The notes under the pieces are model-generated. The model was not told where the DNA came from. It ran no database searches and was given only the letters and a program-made list of their open reading frames with translations. A stretch of 64,000 nt of DNA from Somniosus microcephalus (Eukaryota): the NCBI GenBank assembly GCA_052327205.1, contig CM126219.1, positions 46,128,001-46,192,000 on the forward strand. Direction: 5' to 3'. Shown here piece by piece: positions 62,420 through 64,000 of the stretch. The position numbers and the translations under genes are program-made. Position 1 is the stretch's first letter, and each line of letters opens with the position of its first letter.

Positions 62420-63630
62420 TAAATCAAGAAATAGCAATTACAGTAGTTGACACCAAGCTTGGATTTTAATAGCCTGAAGATCTGAGCGGGAAGGAAAGAT
62501 TGAGGGAGGTAAAATGCTCCACAATTTTGAGGTCCTGGGAAAGAATGAGTTAAAAGAGGAAACTGTATGATAACTCTTGATTTCAACACAGAAGATGTAG
62601 GAAGAAGAGGTCTAGCATGGCATATTTGGAACAAGAAAGGAATGCGCAGAGAAGGAGTGACCATAATAGTATTGGTAAGGTAGAAAAAGGCAAGAAAGAA
62701 TTGTGCATTTAAAACAGTGTTGGAGTTTTGTTCGCTCGTGTCACATAGCATGAACACATTCTTTGATACAAATTTTGGTTTTATTTGAATCCAGACCAAA
62801 TATTTTGGTGACCATTATAGAATGGAGTGATCTAGCCACTATATATAAATGGTAAGTATTACGGGTGCAATGACCCTTTGATAGTGTTCAGTGAGGATTA
62901 ATTGACCCAGCTCTTTCAAATGTCATGGAATTCAAACATCATCTGGATTTACCTATTTTCACTATAGTGTCTACCCATCTTAATTTGAAGTGGCTTTTTG
63001 CTCAAGAAAAATTCAATTTATCCAGTAGTTCTAATTAAGCAATTTAAATACAATAATACAGGAGGTGACCTTTGCTTAAAAAAAGTTTGAATTAACAAAT
63101 TAAGGAATTTTGAATTAAGAGGAATAGACTGTATTGCAACTTCAGAAAAATACAACAACAACTTGTATTTTGTACAAACAAAATATCATTAAAATTTGGT
63201 ACATAAATGGTTCATTCACTGCTAATATTGAGAGCTGCAATTTAAGTAGTGAATTCAAAGGCATGACAACAGATCCACAGTAACATCTGTGACAAAACAC
63301 CTCAAGGATGATCATCATGAAATCATTTCCTTTCCAAAAACACTACTATTCAGTGACGCTACTGTCATTTTCACTCAGTAATTAAAAACAACTTGCATCC
63401 AGTTGCACTGGCAGGCTGCATTGGATTACCAATCTATCCTCTGCAGTGCTTCTAAGGCTTTTTTTGTTGTTGAATGTACTTTTTTATATAAGCGAGGAAC
63501 TTTGTGTATTTTTCTGCTAAGTGGTCTTCAAATAAGGAATTAGCCAGAAGTACGTTTCTCTGAAAGACTGCAGCATCTATTATGGTATATGGCTAACGAG
63601 TGGAAACTTCAGTACAAAAATGTACTAGCA

Positions 63631-63749
63631 GTCAGCTTTGGCTCAGTTGATAGCACTCTTGTCTCACTGAGTCAGAGGGGTATGGGTTCAAGTCCCACTC
63701 CAAAGACTTGAGCACAAATTCTAGGCTGACACTCCAGTGCAGCACTGAG
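63631..63749 (+). mobile_element. Deu-SINE 5' head, interrupted by CR1
   Basis: A box tggctcagttgatagc and B box ggttcaagtccc. Confidence 0.8.
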
Positions 63750-64000
63750 GAACATAAGAAATAGGAGCAGGAATAGGCCGCTTGGCCCCTCGAGCCTGCT
63801 GCGCCATTCAATAAGATCATGGCTGATCTTGGACTCAAAGCCACTTCCCAGCCCGCTCCCCATAACCCTTCACTCCCTATCTTGCAATAATTTGTCTATT
63901 GCCACCTTAAATGTATTTAATGACCCAGCCTCCGCGGCTCTCTGGGGCAGAGAATTCCACAGATTTACGACCCTGAGAGAAGAAATTCCTCCTCATCTCA
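63749..64000 (-). mobile_element. CR1 3' end running off the window
   Basis: Reverse complement of the 62015..62265-type sequence. Confidence 0.88.

Noticed and set aside
63631-63705. tRNA-like sequence with A and B boxes
   Set aside because: It is the head of a Deu-SINE and continues into the SINE body, so it is not a tRNA gene.
1-64000. CRISPR array, prokaryotic operons or viral genes
   Set aside because: No regularly spaced repeat-spacer array and no gene-dense coding; the sequence is vertebrate intronic DNA.

Overview
Eukaryotic, repeat-rich vertebrate DNA. The repeat repertoire (Deu-domain SacSINE1-like SINEs, CR1 and L2 LINE 3' ends, Penelope-like fragments, many Harbinger-type MITEs) points to a cartilaginous fish (inference). 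The only convincing host coding sequence is one 72-nt minus-strand exon at 34349..34420 encoding (L)DLSMNNINELQPNAFGDLHFLEE(L), the second exon of an LGR4/5/6 receptor, most like LGR6. The rest of the window therefore appears to be the two large flanking introns. The most striking structure is at 1..3678: a ~1.9-kb non-autonomous Harbinger/PIF element carrying Myb/SANT remnants has inserted in opposite orientation into a copy of itself (3-bp TSD CTC), giving two interleaved ~0.9-kb inverted repeats. Other notable items are a locally templated duplication inside a MITE hairpin, Penelope-type minimal hammerhead motifs, repeated LINE insertions into Deu-SINEs, and a few candidate cryptic exons. 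I see no evidence of a wholly new protein-coding system. Almost all ORF-track entries are spurious or TE-derived. Repeat boundaries were read by eye and are approximate unless TSDs are quoted.
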